Shown here: positions 18,836 through 27,480 of the stretch, in pieces
Position numbering within the stretch: the stretch's first letter is position 1
Layout: every line of letters starts with the position of its first letter
Translations under genes and position numbers: made by a program
The notes under the pieces: model-generated
Seen by the model: only the letters and a program-made list of their open reading frames with translations
Told to the model about the DNA's origin: nothing
Database searches by the model: none
Source of the DNA: Chloroflexota bacterium
GTDB taxonomy: Bacteria; Chloroflexota; Anaerolineae; Anaerolineales; UBA4823
Length of the DNA stretch: 64,000 nucleotides
Direction of reading: 5' to 3'
NCBI GenBank assembly: GCA_029265355.1
Contig: JAJUJL010000002.1
Span: 332,803 to 396,802 of the forward strand

Positions 18836-19729
18836 TCAGGTCTTCTGGAGAAAACTACTCACCCATACCGAGAACTCTACCGGCAAATTGTAGCCAGGTG
18901 TATGACCAGCATTGCGAAGGGTGACCACCTCAGCCCGGGTGTAAAGTAACTTCAGGCGCGCACGGCATTCTTCACTTGAACCAGGATCGTTGGTCGACTC
19001 GATGATCATGATTCTCCCGGGCCAGTCTCCCAAATCACTCGGGTCGTAATGATAATTGGCTGAGAAATCTGCCAGGGCACGCAGCGGTGAAAGTATTGTC
19101 GATTTATCTGCTTTCGACAGGTACTGATCGAAGATCATGAGGTTGAGCTCTTTCCAGAAGCTACGCTCGCGCCCCGCAATGCTGACCAATCTTAACAGGT
19201 GCAGTTTCTTCAGCATGTGGAGGTAGGAAGTTGATATGTGGGGACTGATCCGGGCGAAGAAGCGCGATAAATGAGGCAGTCTGCAGTCAGGGAGGAAGCT
19301 GTTTGCCAGTACCAGCCGGCGCACCCGATGCGGGTAACGGCGGACGAATTCCTGCGCGATACAACCCCCCAAGGAGGTGCCCAATAAGTCGATTTCCGGC
19401 ATCTTGAGATAATCGAGTAATTCAGCAAGTCCTTGTGTATAAGCGGCAATGGTATCCAGCGCGGGCAAGGTGATAGCCAGCACCTGCTGTTTATTTTGCA
19501 GGGCGAGCACCAGCCTGAACCAGTATTCTGCGAAACGTTCTTCGCCGGGGAGCAAAATCAGCGGGTAGCGACTATGACCAGCGATCATATATTGCCAGAG
19601 GGTCTCCTGGAGCTTGACCGATTGCATGCGATGACTGACTTGAAACTGTTGGAATTGATTGACCAACTCCACCGGAGCTTTCTTAAAATATTTCGCCACC
19701 CTGATCTCCGAATACCTAATTGATTGCAA
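18836..19729 (-). CDS. Alpha/beta-fold hydrolase
   Basis: Nucleophile elbow LLGTSLGGCIAQEF (GxSxG). PLILLPG oxyanion region. C-terminal NAGHTPGY His. The first codon is TTG, so the start is uncertain. Confidence 0.75.
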   Translation of the reverse strand: MQSIRYSEIRVAKYFKKAPVELVNQFQQFQVSHRMQSVKLQETLWQYMIAGHSRYPLILLPGEERFAEYWFRLVLALQNKQQVLAITLPALDTIAAYTQGLAELLDYLKMPEIDLLGTSLGGCIAQEFVRRYPHRVRRLVLANSFLPDCRLPHLSRFFARISPHISTSYLHMLKKLHLLRLVSIAGRERSFWKELNLMIFDQYLSKADKSTILSPLRALADFSANYHYDPSDLGDWPGRIMIIESTNDPGSSEECRARLKLLYTRAEVVTLRNAGHTPGYNLPVEFSVWVSSFLQKT

Positions 19730-19876
19730 AGCGGGTACCGTGTGTCGTTTTTTGGTTCAGAAGATTATTTACCGGCTGGTTGCGATAGCTTAAACATACT
19801 ATAATTTTAATGATGATCTAAAGGAAATGTCTATACAATCTTGTAAGGTTGAGATTGTGCTGGAAAGGAGCAGCCG

Positions 19877-20365
19877 ATGAATTTGATCAGCGTACCCATC
19901 GAAAAGCCCGAAGAGGTCAATTTTATTTTGGGCCAGTCACATTTTATTAAGACTGTAGAAGACTTGCACGAGGCGTTGGTAAGTGCAGCGCCAGGGATCA
20001 AATTCGGATTGGCATTCTGCGAAGCATCGGGAAAATGCCTGGTCCGTTGGAGCGGCAGCGATGCGGAGATGATCGCCCTGGCGCAGAAAAATGCACTGGC
20101 GATCGGCGCAGGTCACAGTTTCATCATTTTCCTGGGCAAAGGTTATTTTCCAATCAATGTGCTCAATGCAGTGAAAGGGGTGCCCGAAGTTTGCAGGGTC
20201 TACTGCGCCACTGCTAACCCTACCCTGGTGCTGGTGGCAGAGACTGAGCAGGGGCGTGGAATCCTGGGGGTGATCGATGGCAGCAGCCCGGCTGGTGTGG
20301 AGGGCGACGAGGATATCGCCTGGCGCAAGAGCTTCTTGCGCAAGATTGGCTACAAGGTCGCCTGA
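19877..20365 (+). CDS. Adenosine-specific-kinase family protein (Adenosine_kin / PAE2307-like)
   Basis: NFILGQSHFIKTVEDLHEALVSAAPGIKFGLAFCEASG...ANPTLVLVAETEQGRGILGVIDG...FLRKIGYK matches this roughly 160-aa family over its full length, from memory. Good SD. Confidence 0.7.
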   Translation: MNLISVPIEKPEEVNFILGQSHFIKTVEDLHEALVSAAPGIKFGLAFCEASGKCLVRWSGSDAEMIALAQKNALAIGAGHSFIIFLGKGYFPINVLNAVKGVPEVCRVYCATANPTLVLVAETEQGRGILGVIDGSSPAGVEGDEDIAWRKSFLRKIGYKVA

Positions 20366-20976
20366 TCGGTTTCCAACGCGGCGCTTTCACCCAGGGGCAT
20401 CGTTGCCAGCAGACGCGGTGGAGGATAATCCACCAGCAGGAGATTTTCAGCGCGACCGGTTAAGAAGGCCTGGATTTGCTGGCAAACCCGGAAGACAAGA
20501 GGAAAGGCTTCCGGGGGTTGCTCGACGGCAACGGTCACGTGCGGCACCCAATGGTCGGGCAGGTAATATGGGTGACGTGTTGCGCCAAAATGCTTCAACA
20601 ACCTCTGCACCTGGTGGTGGAAGATCTGCAACTGGCGGGTGACCACAGGGGCAAGGAAAATTACACCCTGCATGCTGCCAAATGCGCCCAAGGATTCCAG
20701 GCTGATATCTATTGGAACTGTTCGCCGCGCCAGGCTAGCGAGCTGCGCCGAGAACTCGGAGGGCAATGCTCCAGCCGACGAAACGTTTTGAATGTCTGTC
20801 TCCCCTGCTGGAAATGTGAAAGTTGCCAGGGTGATATGGGGGGATACACGCATCCCTTCTGGGAATGGCGTGTGTCCTTGCTCCTCCAGGCGGTTGATCA
20901 CTTGCTCCAGGCGCGCTTGAGTCTGGAGATCGAAGGTCAGCACCAGGCCCAGTTGGGGTTCGGCAAGATGTTGCAT
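20350..20976 (-). CDS. 2H-phosphoesterase superfamily protein (LigT/2'-5' RNA ligase-like)
   Basis: Two H-x-T-x motifs, SPHITLATF and VPHVTVAVE, at the spacing expected for 2H enzymes. The ATG at 20976 has GAGG upstream. The track start at 21000 is TTG. Confidence 0.65.
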   Translation of the reverse strand: MQHLAEPQLGLVLTFDLQTQARLEQVINRLEEQGHTPFPEGMRVSPHITLATFTFPAGETDIQNVSSAGALPSEFSAQLASLARRTVPIDISLESLGAFGSMQGVIFLAPVVTRQLQIFHHQVQRLLKHFGATRHPYYLPDHWVPHVTVAVEQPPEAFPLVFRVCQQIQAFLTGRAENLLLVDYPPPRLLATMPLGESAALETDQATL

Positions 20977-21164
20977 AGTCCTCAGCAGAAGGCGCCTCAA
21001 TCAGTTCACTGGTCGAGATACAGATCATTGTAATCTGTTTTGGGGAAGCGTCAAATTGATTTTAACGCCGACAACCGTATCGATTCCATTGCTATGGCGT
21101 CTCATTGTTTGGGACATTATCATGTTTTGTCCCATATCCTGGAGCTTAAGAAAGGCGGAGAATT

Positions 21165-22793
21165 ATGAGAAATCGCAAACTGGTCAGGTCAATCATAATA
21201 CTGGTTGTTATGCTTTTTGCATTGGCGCCAGCACTGGCAGCCTCCGGAGCTACGCCAGAAGCCACGCTGCGCGTGTGGGTGGAATTCCGCCCTGCTGCGC
21301 AGGCCGAGGTGCGATCAGCGCTGCAATCTTCTGGCGCCAGCTTCCATTACACTTTTGAGCGACTAAACGCTTTCGTGGTCAGCCTGCCAACAGCAGCGCT
21401 GCGGGGGCTGGAACGCAACCCAAACGTGGTTGCGATCGAGATCGATCCAGTGCGTGAACTGGTCAAGAATATGCCCTCGAAAACCAGGCTCGACACCTCT
21501 GTGTTACCCGAGCAGGTGGTGCCTTATGGGGTCGACATGGTGCAAGCTCGCGATCTGTGGGATAAGAACCGCGATGGCAAGATCGACCGCCGCGCAGTCA
21601 CTGGAGCCGGGGTGAAGGTGTGCATCATTGATACGGGTTTGTTCACCGGGCACGAAGATTTTCAAGGGGTGGATATTTACGGCGGCTATTCACAGACCAA
21701 TCCAGACCCGGCGCTGTGGACCTATGACGGTCACGGGCATGGCACCCATGTCGCAGGTACAGTCACCGCGATGCACAACGATTACGGGGTGGTTGGCGTT
21801 TCACCAGGGGCAGTTTCATTATTCATGGTGAAGATATTTGGCGATGATGGGCTGTGGGTGAGCAAGGCGCATGCCTCGGACCTGGTAGAAGCAGCTAACA
21901 TTTGCGCCGACAACGGCGCCCGGGTAATCAGCATGAGCCTGTCCGGGACGCACTCCAGTCGCTACGAGGAACGGGCGTTTGACGACCTTTATGCTGCTGG
22001 GATTCTGTCAGTGGCGGCAGCCAGCAACGACGGTATCGATGAGTACCATTACCCCGCTTCCTACAATTCAGTCATTTCAGTGGCAGCGCTTGACCAGAAT
22101 TATGTCATAGCAGATTTCTCCCAGTATAACGACCAGGTTGAGCTGGCTGCGCCGGGCGTGGGCGTGCTCAGCACCGTGCCTTTCGTGGCGATTGCGGAAG
22201 TGAGCGTCGATGGGGAAACCTTCAGCGCCAATCACATTGAATACGCCGCCTACGGAAGCGCCAGCGGAACGCTGGTGGATGGCGGTCGCTGCCTCGCCAC
22301 CGGCGATTGGGTTGGCGCAGTCGTTTTGTGTGAAAGGGGAGATATCACTTTTTACGAGAAGGTGATGAATGTGCAGAACTCGGGCGGAGTGGCAGCGGTG
22401 ATCTACAACAACGCTCCTGGTAATTTCTTGGGAACATTGGGCGAGGGGAATAGCTCCACGATCGTGGCTGTTTCCTTGAGCCAGGAAGACGGCCAGTATC
22501 TGGTCGCTAACAAGCTAGGCAAGGTGGCGACAGTAAGCAGCTCGATCACCTGGCAAGCCAGCGGCTACGAAGCCTGGGATGGCACTTCGATGGCAACGCC
22601 GCATGTCTCGGCGGTGGCAGCTCTGCTGTGGAGCTGGAACCCGGACCTGACCAATGTGCAAATCCGGGAAGCGATGCAGGCAACGGCGCTGGACCTGGGC
22701 GATCCTGGGCGCGATGTGCACTATGGTTTTGGCCTGGTACAAGCTTATGACGCCTGGGTGTACCTGGGCGGTGGGAAGCCACCCAGGAAGTAG
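21165..22793 (+). CDS. Secreted subtilisin-family (S8) serine protease with I9 propeptide and PA-domain insert
   Basis: Catalytic triad motifs VCIIDTGL, HGHGTHVAGTV and GTSMATPHVS. Signal peptide present. PA-like insert GAVVLCERGDITFYEKVMNVQNSGGVAAVIYNN. Confidence 0.9.
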   Translation: MRNRKLVRSIIILVVMLFALAPALAASGATPEATLRVWVEFRPAAQAEVRSALQSSGASFHYTFERLNAFVVSLPTAALRGLERNPNVVAIEIDPVRELVKNMPSKTRLDTSVLPEQVVPYGVDMVQARDLWDKNRDGKIDRRAVTGAGVKVCIIDTGLFTGHEDFQGVDIYGGYSQTNPDPALWTYDGHGHGTHVAGTVTAMHNDYGVVGVSPGAVSLFMVKIFGDDGLWVSKAHASDLVEAANICADNGARVISMSLSGTHSSRYEERAFDDLYAAGILSVAAASNDGIDEYHYPASYNSVISVAALDQNYVIADFSQYNDQVELAAPGVGVLSTVPFVAIAEVSVDGETFSANHIEYAAYGSASGTLVDGGRCLATGDWVGAVVLCERGDITFYEKVMNVQNSGGVAAVIYNNAPGNFLGTLGEGNSSTIVAVSLSQEDGQYLVANKLGKVATVSSSITWQASGYEAWDGTSMATPHVSAVAALLWSWNPDLTNVQIREAMQATALDLGDPGRDVHYGFGLVQAYDAWVYLGGGKPPRK

Positions 22794-22807
22794 GATTTTG
22801 TTTTGAA

Positions 22808-22843
22808 GGGGTGTTTGAGGGAAATGAGCCTCTCAAACACCCC
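22808..22843. terminator. Bidirectional hairpin terminator between convergent genes
   Basis: 12-bp stem GGGGTGTTTGAG (22808..22819) / CTCAAACACCCC (22832..22843). T-rich on both flanks (TTTTGTTTTGAA upstream, TCGATGTTTT downstream). Confidence 0.6.
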
Positions 22844-22851
22844 TCGATGTT

Positions 22852-23373
22852 TTAAGGATAAAACTGTAGCGCCTCTGCCAACGCCTGCTCAGCCAGGCTG
22901 GCATTGGCTGCCAGCCACACCAACTGCCTGCCGGAGCGGAAGTAGAAATGCTGCTGCCCAAGGCCTTCCAACGCCAGCACTGTACGACCGCCTGCTTGCC
23001 TGGTTTCCAGCGGTTTGAACGGCGAACGCCCCTCGGCAATGCGGTGCTCCATCTTCTTTTGCATGCGGGCAGCCATGAAACCCAGCGGCGACCCTGAAAC
23101 CCATAGAACAGCCTGCTCCTGGCCATAAATCCCCACCGCGCCGCTGGTGATCGCGAAGCTCAACCCATGCAGATGGTTGATTTCCTGCACAGCGGCGCGC
23201 CCGGTGAGCGCCTGAGTGAGCGGCAACCCGGCGACAGACTCTGGCAGCGGCTCGGCGCCAGGATTGGAGACCAGCGAGTGGACGTAAAGCCAGCTGGCAG
23301 CGCTAACCGCAAAAACCAGCCCAGCGATGATAAGGATAAACGCCAGGTAGCGAAGCAGAGCGGCTTTCATCAT
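22852..23373 (-). CDS. Membrane-anchored hypothetical protein
   Basis: N-terminal TM anchor AALLRYLAFILIIAGLVFAVSAASW. ATGA overlap with the stop of the upstream gene. I recognise no family. Confidence 0.55.
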   Translation of the reverse strand: MMKAALLRYLAFILIIAGLVFAVSAASWLYVHSLVSNPGAEPLPESVAGLPLTQALTGRAAVQEINHLHGLSFAITSGAVGIYGQEQAVLWVSGSPLGFMAARMQKKMEHRIAEGRSPFKPLETRQAGGRTVLALEGLGQQHFYFRSGRQLVWLAANASLAEQALAEALQFYP

Positions 23374-24731
23374 CGGGAATTGCCACCTGCTGGAACTGGC
23401 GCTGTGTTCGGGACGACTTCTACTTCCGGGTCGAACATCAACTTCGTCTGGAGACGCAGGTTCCTGAAATAATTGAGAATGGCTGAAAGTTGATAGAAAC
23501 CTGCAAACACCAGTGAAACAAGCAGCAACTCAGAATTTTCCCACAGGGCTTGCCATGCCCAGGGCAGCATCTCAGCTTCAAAGTGGAATTCGGATTGTTG
23601 CAGCACAGTGAACAGAGCTCTAAGGTAGACACCGAATACCACGCTGAGCATGGTTAGAAGCGAGGTTGCCAGCACACTCCTGGTACCGGGCTTTGTTCCA
23701 ACTTTGTCCATGACTTTCATGATCGCGGAAAAGATACCCCAGGAAACCAACACAGCTACAGCATCCTGGAAATAGGCAACTACCGCCCAAACCAGGCTGC
23801 ACACCAGCGCCACGGCGATTCCAGCCAGGATGCCGCGCCCCAGGTTGTGCGGCGCATTCTGGAATTTCTTGCGGTCGGCCTGGGCTTGCGCTTTTAAATT
23901 CTCCCGGCACGCCGAGTAAATCATGAAGGGCATGCCGTTAACCAAGGAGAGCTGTGGAAGCAACAGCCCATGAGAGGCGCACTGCGGGTTTTCGCAGCGT
24001 CCTTCTGGTAGGGGAGAGGTATACCGCGTCACCGCGCAAACAAATTGCCGCAGCCGCTCGAGGGTTTCTTTCGGCGAGCGGCGCGTATCCAGGGGCAGGA
24101 TGATATTGGTATAGGTAGGCGTTATTTCCAGGCCAGCATTCGTGCTGGAACGTTTTCCCAGCAGCGCCCGGATATCCGGATCAGTTTCCAACTGCCGGAG
24201 TACATGCGCCTCATCCACGGGCGGCTGGTGCTTGACAAACACCAGAGCCTGTATTGCCTTGATCGGCAAATGGCCCAGGGTGGCAGATTGGGCTTTTGGA
24301 AAACTGAAGATGCCTGCAAGGCGCCCTTCGATCCAACCTACTGCACGGTGGCGCAAGTGCCAGGGCATACCAGCGCCCGGCAGATAGGTCATACCGCTTT
24401 CCTGGATATACTCCTGCCACCAGACACGATCATTAATGCGTCGCGGCAACGGCTGCGCAGGTTGGCCGCGCTCCGCCTCCTTTCGCTCCGGCTGCAGGAC
24501 GCCATCTACCAGCAGGTGAAAGCTGAAAGCAATCCCGTTGGTGTAGATATTAACTTCGATCAGGTGGCTTTGCAGCCAGAATTCGTGAAACGATCCCCCG
24601 TCATTAAAGAGATAACTGCGATGGACCCGCTCGCCATCCAGCCAGATTTCACGCCACCCAATCCAGGTGTGGCGGAGTTGCAACCGGTGCTGAATTCCAT
24701 CGATCTTAAACACCCACTCCCGTTGCGACAT
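23370..24731 (-). CDS. Hypothetical protein, soluble N-terminal region plus C-terminal 4-TM module
   Basis: 453 aa with an ATG start. TM helices GILAGIAVALVCSLVWAVVAYF, VLVSWGIFSAIMKVM, LATSLLTMLSVVFGVYL and LLLVSLVFAGFYQLSAIL. I recognise no family. Confidence 0.6.
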   Translation of the reverse strand: MSQREWVFKIDGIQHRLQLRHTWIGWREIWLDGERVHRSYLFNDGGSFHEFWLQSHLIEVNIYTNGIAFSFHLLVDGVLQPERKEAERGQPAQPLPRRINDRVWWQEYIQESGMTYLPGAGMPWHLRHRAVGWIEGRLAGIFSFPKAQSATLGHLPIKAIQALVFVKHQPPVDEAHVLRQLETDPDIRALLGKRSSTNAGLEITPTYTNIILPLDTRRSPKETLERLRQFVCAVTRYTSPLPEGRCENPQCASHGLLLPQLSLVNGMPFMIYSACRENLKAQAQADRKKFQNAPHNLGRGILAGIAVALVCSLVWAVVAYFQDAVAVLVSWGIFSAIMKVMDKVGTKPGTRSVLATSLLTMLSVVFGVYLRALFTVLQQSEFHFEAEMLPWAWQALWENSELLLVSLVFAGFYQLSAILNYFRNLRLQTKLMFDPEVEVVPNTAPVPAGGNSR

Positions 24732-24762
24732 AACAGCTCAGTGTCACCAGATCTCTTGTGTA

Positions 24763-24780
24763 CCTTACATTAATGTAAGG
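24763..24780. promoter_or_regulatory. Perfect 18-bp palindrome, candidate operator
   Basis: CCTTACAT-TA-ATGTAAGG lies in the 160-nt divergent region between the 453-aa membrane protein gene and the Flp pilin gene. Confidence 0.3.
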
Positions 24781-24891
24781 ATGATTCTCGATCAAGCAGT
24801 TGAATCGCAGTGCGAATATGGCTATATTATATGCATGATTCGGTTCGCCAGAAATGTCTACCAGGGGTAGGATTTCGTCTGGGAGGCGGCA

Positions 24892-25071
24892 ATGATACCT
24901 ATTTTAACTTTCGGTCAGGACGAACGCGCACAGAGCCTGCTGGAATATGCCATCATCCTGGTGCTGGTGGCGGTAGCGGTGGTGGTGGTGCTGGGACTGT
25001 TCGGTGCTGACTTGGGGCAGGTTTACCAGAACCTGGTGGAAGCGCTACAAGAAGCGCTCGATCCAGGTTGA
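24892..25071 (+). CDS. flp: Flp/Fap-family type IVb (Tad) pilin, 59 aa, absent from the ORF track
   Basis: My own translation is MIPILTFGQDERAQSLLEYAIILVLVAVAVVVVLGLFGADLGQVYQNLVEALQEALDPG. It has the Flp signature (acidic leader, xQxLxEYAxIL, hydrophobic helix). GGGAGG SD sits 5 nt upstream. The gene is below the 60-aa track cutoff. Confidence 0.7.
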   Translation: MIPILTFGQDERAQSLLEYAIILVLVAVAVVVVLGLFGADLGQVYQNLVEALQEALDPG

Positions 25072-25093
25072 CGTCTGCCTGTTGGCAGAGCAC

Positions 25094-26596
25094 TCAAGCA
25101 ATGCGGTCTGGCTGCGACGCCACGTGTTTGCCTGCCAACCGCCCGCTGGTGATGGCCCAGGCGATGTGCAGTCCGTGGCCCCATAAGACCATCCCGCTCA
25201 AACCATTCTGCCCGACGGCATACAGACCAGCTATCGGCTCCCCATTGCGATCCAATGCCTGAAAATTTCGATCGATCACCACACCGCCCTCGGTGGTGGT
25301 GAAGTAGGCCTTGGCAGGGCCAAGCAGCAGCCAGGGACCAGGACCAAGCTGGGGCAGGCTGCCAGTCTTCCGCTCTGTGTTGGCGTGCTCGATGCTCTTC
25401 TGCAGCGCCTGCGCAGGCAAGCCACGCTGGGCTGCGACAGCTTCCAAGGTGCTGGCTTGAAATGCCACGTCTGGGCGCAATCGCAAGTAATCGGCAGCGT
25501 AGGCGTAGGCGATTTTGGGCGCGGTGGAAATGAAGTGCGGCCATGCGGAGTAGCGCTGCACCAGGCGGGCATCCAATAAAATATAGGCAATCTTCCCAGG
25601 TTGGTTGGCGATGGCAATCTCGCGCTCCAGGGGAGTGGTCTCATGGCAAAAGCGCTCGCCGCGGCGATTGACGAGTATGGCGCCATCGTCGAACAAGGCA
25701 TTTTCCGGGTGCTGCCAGGTGACCAGCAGGCGGCGGATCATTGCGCTCAGCATAAAGCCAGGCAGCCGCGGCGCGACGACGCCCATGAGTTTCGCTAGTG
25801 GTCCGTGCGCTGGCAGAAGCTGTTGGAAGGTTCGTCCTGGCGGAGCGACAAAGCGAATCTCCGGTCCGTAGGTGATATCCATGTTGGTCAACTGCGCTCC
25901 AGCGGACTCCGCCAGCAAGTGACCTGCGCCGGTAGAGTGGGGGTTGATCCCTTCGATCTCGCGGAAGCGCTCCCCTTTGAAGCGAGCAATGATTTCGGGC
26001 GAATTCGTATAGTCGCCGGCGGCCAGGATGACACCCTTGCGCGCCCGAAACACCTGTTTATTCCCATTTAGGCGCGCTGCCACGCCTGAGACTCGTCCCC
26101 CTTCCGCCAACAATTCGACCACTTCAGCGTTGGTAAGCACCTGCCCGCCGAGGCGCGCCAGCCGCGCCTGCAGGGCTGCAATGTAAGCCTTGGCGCCCGG
26201 CACCACGTTGTGCATGCGCGGTTTGCGGTTGGGAGGTTCAGGGTTGGGTCCCTGAAAGGACAACCCCATGCCTGCCAACCAATCCAGCGTATCGGCGCCG
26301 AGTGAGAGAAACCAGCGGCGCATCTCTGCGTTATTGCGCGCTTCGATTTCCGGGGGAGCGAATTTCCCCGCATCCTCAGCATGTTCGTCGAGTGAATCTT
26401 GCACACCGGCTCTGCGCTGCCAGGCGGTGCGGTTGGCAGTATAGGAACCAACGGCGATGCCAGTGGTGCCGCCCAAATCGGGCAGCTTCTCCAGCACCAG
26501 CACGCTAGCGCCGTGCTCGGCGGCGCTCACGCCGGCTGCCAGCCCGCTGCCACCCCCACCGACGACGAGTACATCGAAATCGTTATTCATGGTCAT
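25094..26596 (-). CDS. FAD-dependent oxidoreductase (fumarate reductase/KstD-like flavoprotein family)
   Basis: Dinucleotide fold DVLVVGGGGSGLAAGVSAAEHGASVLVLEK. C-terminal GLYAVGQN flavin motif. Starts 2 nt after the upstream lipoprotein gene. Confidence 0.85.
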   Translation of the reverse strand: MTMNNDFDVLVVGGGGSGLAAGVSAAEHGASVLVLEKLPDLGGTTGIAVGSYTANRTAWQRRAGVQDSLDEHAEDAGKFAPPEIEARNNAEMRRWFLSLGADTLDWLAGMGLSFQGPNPEPPNRKPRMHNVVPGAKAYIAALQARLARLGGQVLTNAEVVELLAEGGRVSGVAARLNGNKQVFRARKGVILAAGDYTNSPEIIARFKGERFREIEGINPHSTGAGHLLAESAGAQLTNMDITYGPEIRFVAPPGRTFQQLLPAHGPLAKLMGVVAPRLPGFMLSAMIRRLLVTWQHPENALFDDGAILVNRRGERFCHETTPLEREIAIANQPGKIAYILLDARLVQRYSAWPHFISTAPKIAYAYAADYLRLRPDVAFQASTLEAVAAQRGLPAQALQKSIEHANTERKTGSLPQLGPGPWLLLGPAKAYFTTTEGGVVIDRNFQALDRNGEPIAGLYAVGQNGLSGMVLWGHGLHIAWAITSGRLAGKHVASQPDRIA

Positions 26597-26598
26597 GG

Positions 26599-27294
26599 TC
26601 AGGGTTTAGGCTCAGCATCCAGGCCGCCGAACCAATCCAGTTGGATATCTCCATTGATGGCATTGAGGCGCACGGAACGCTGAGCCTCGCCGCTGCCACA
26701 GCTCACCAGCCATTCGATGCCACCTTGCAGGTTGACATCCAGGCTGTAATAGAACGTGCCGTCATCGGCTGTGCTGCAGAAAGGCTGGACCAGTGCAGCC
26801 GCCTGGGTGCTGTCCATCCAGTCTTGCGCATAGAGGGGTTTCCCAGGGCCAGAGCTGTCGCGTGGCATGGCGAACGCAATCTGCCCATCCCTGATCTGGA
26901 GCGCCAGGTATTCCAGGCGGCGGCTGGGAGAGTGGAAATTCATCTGCCAGGTTGGCGCCGTACCGTCGCGATTACCGCCTTCCAGCGTCTCCAGGTGAGT
27001 CAACTGAGCATCGGACTTCCATTCTTTTTGGGCGTACTGCAGGGCGATGCGGTAGGCCGCCTCGGCGCTGAAAGGGCCGGTGGGAGGAGCCATTTCTGTG
27101 GTGGGGGGTGGGTAATTCGCCTGGGTGGGCGTGACTGCCGATGGGTCAGCCTCGTTGATGGCTACCGGCGCTTGTTCGACCCCGGCAGGCGGGTAGGGGT
27201 CGACCAGCGGCGGTGCGCAGGCGCTCAGAAACAAGAGTATAGTGATGATGATGCAGTTAGCAGAGAGCCATCTTGTTTTCAATTCGACTTCCAT
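26599..27294 (-). CDS. Putative lipoprotein, unknown function
   Basis: Signal and lipobox IIITILLFLSAC. ATG start. First gene downstream of repeat copy A. Confidence 0.65.
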   Translation of the reverse strand: MEVELKTRWLSANCIIITILLFLSACAPPLVDPYPPAGVEQAPVAINEADPSAVTPTQANYPPPTTEMAPPTGPFSAEAAYRIALQYAQKEWKSDAQLTHLETLEGGNRDGTAPTWQMNFHSPSRRLEYLALQIRDGQIAFAMPRDSSGPGKPLYAQDWMDSTQAAALVQPFCSTADDGTFYYSLDVNLQGGIEWLVSCGSGEAQRSVRLNAINGDIQLDWFGGLDAEPKP

Positions 27295-27318
27295 AGCCCA
27301 AAAACCTGTCTGGTGATA

Positions 27319-27480
27319 CTTTTTTGATCTTAGCTTTCATTGCGATATGTTTCCATGACGCTGGAAGCGTCATCTGGTCTGGGAATGACAGATATGTCAT
27401 GAGTAGACCGGCGTACTGTGCTGGTCGTGGCAATCTCTTATCAGATCATTTTGCGTGGCCCACATCGTGCGAGCAGCTTA
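27319..27480 (-). repeat. Structured repeat element, copy A (candidate 5'-leader/cis-regulatory RNA; sense strand is minus)
   Basis: About 89% identical (17 substitutions over a 153-nt gap-free core aligned by eye) to the reverse complement of 46911..47075. Contains the 8-bp hairpin ATGACGCT/AGCGTCAT (27355..27373). Its sense-strand 3' end lies 24 nt upstream of the ATG at 27294. Confidence 0.8.

Noticed and set aside
24810-25186. Track ORFs 24810..25010 and 25004..25186 lie in the flp region.
   Set aside because: They are in the wrong frames and have Gly/Arg-rich nonsense composition. The SD-led 59-codon Flp reading frame explains the region.
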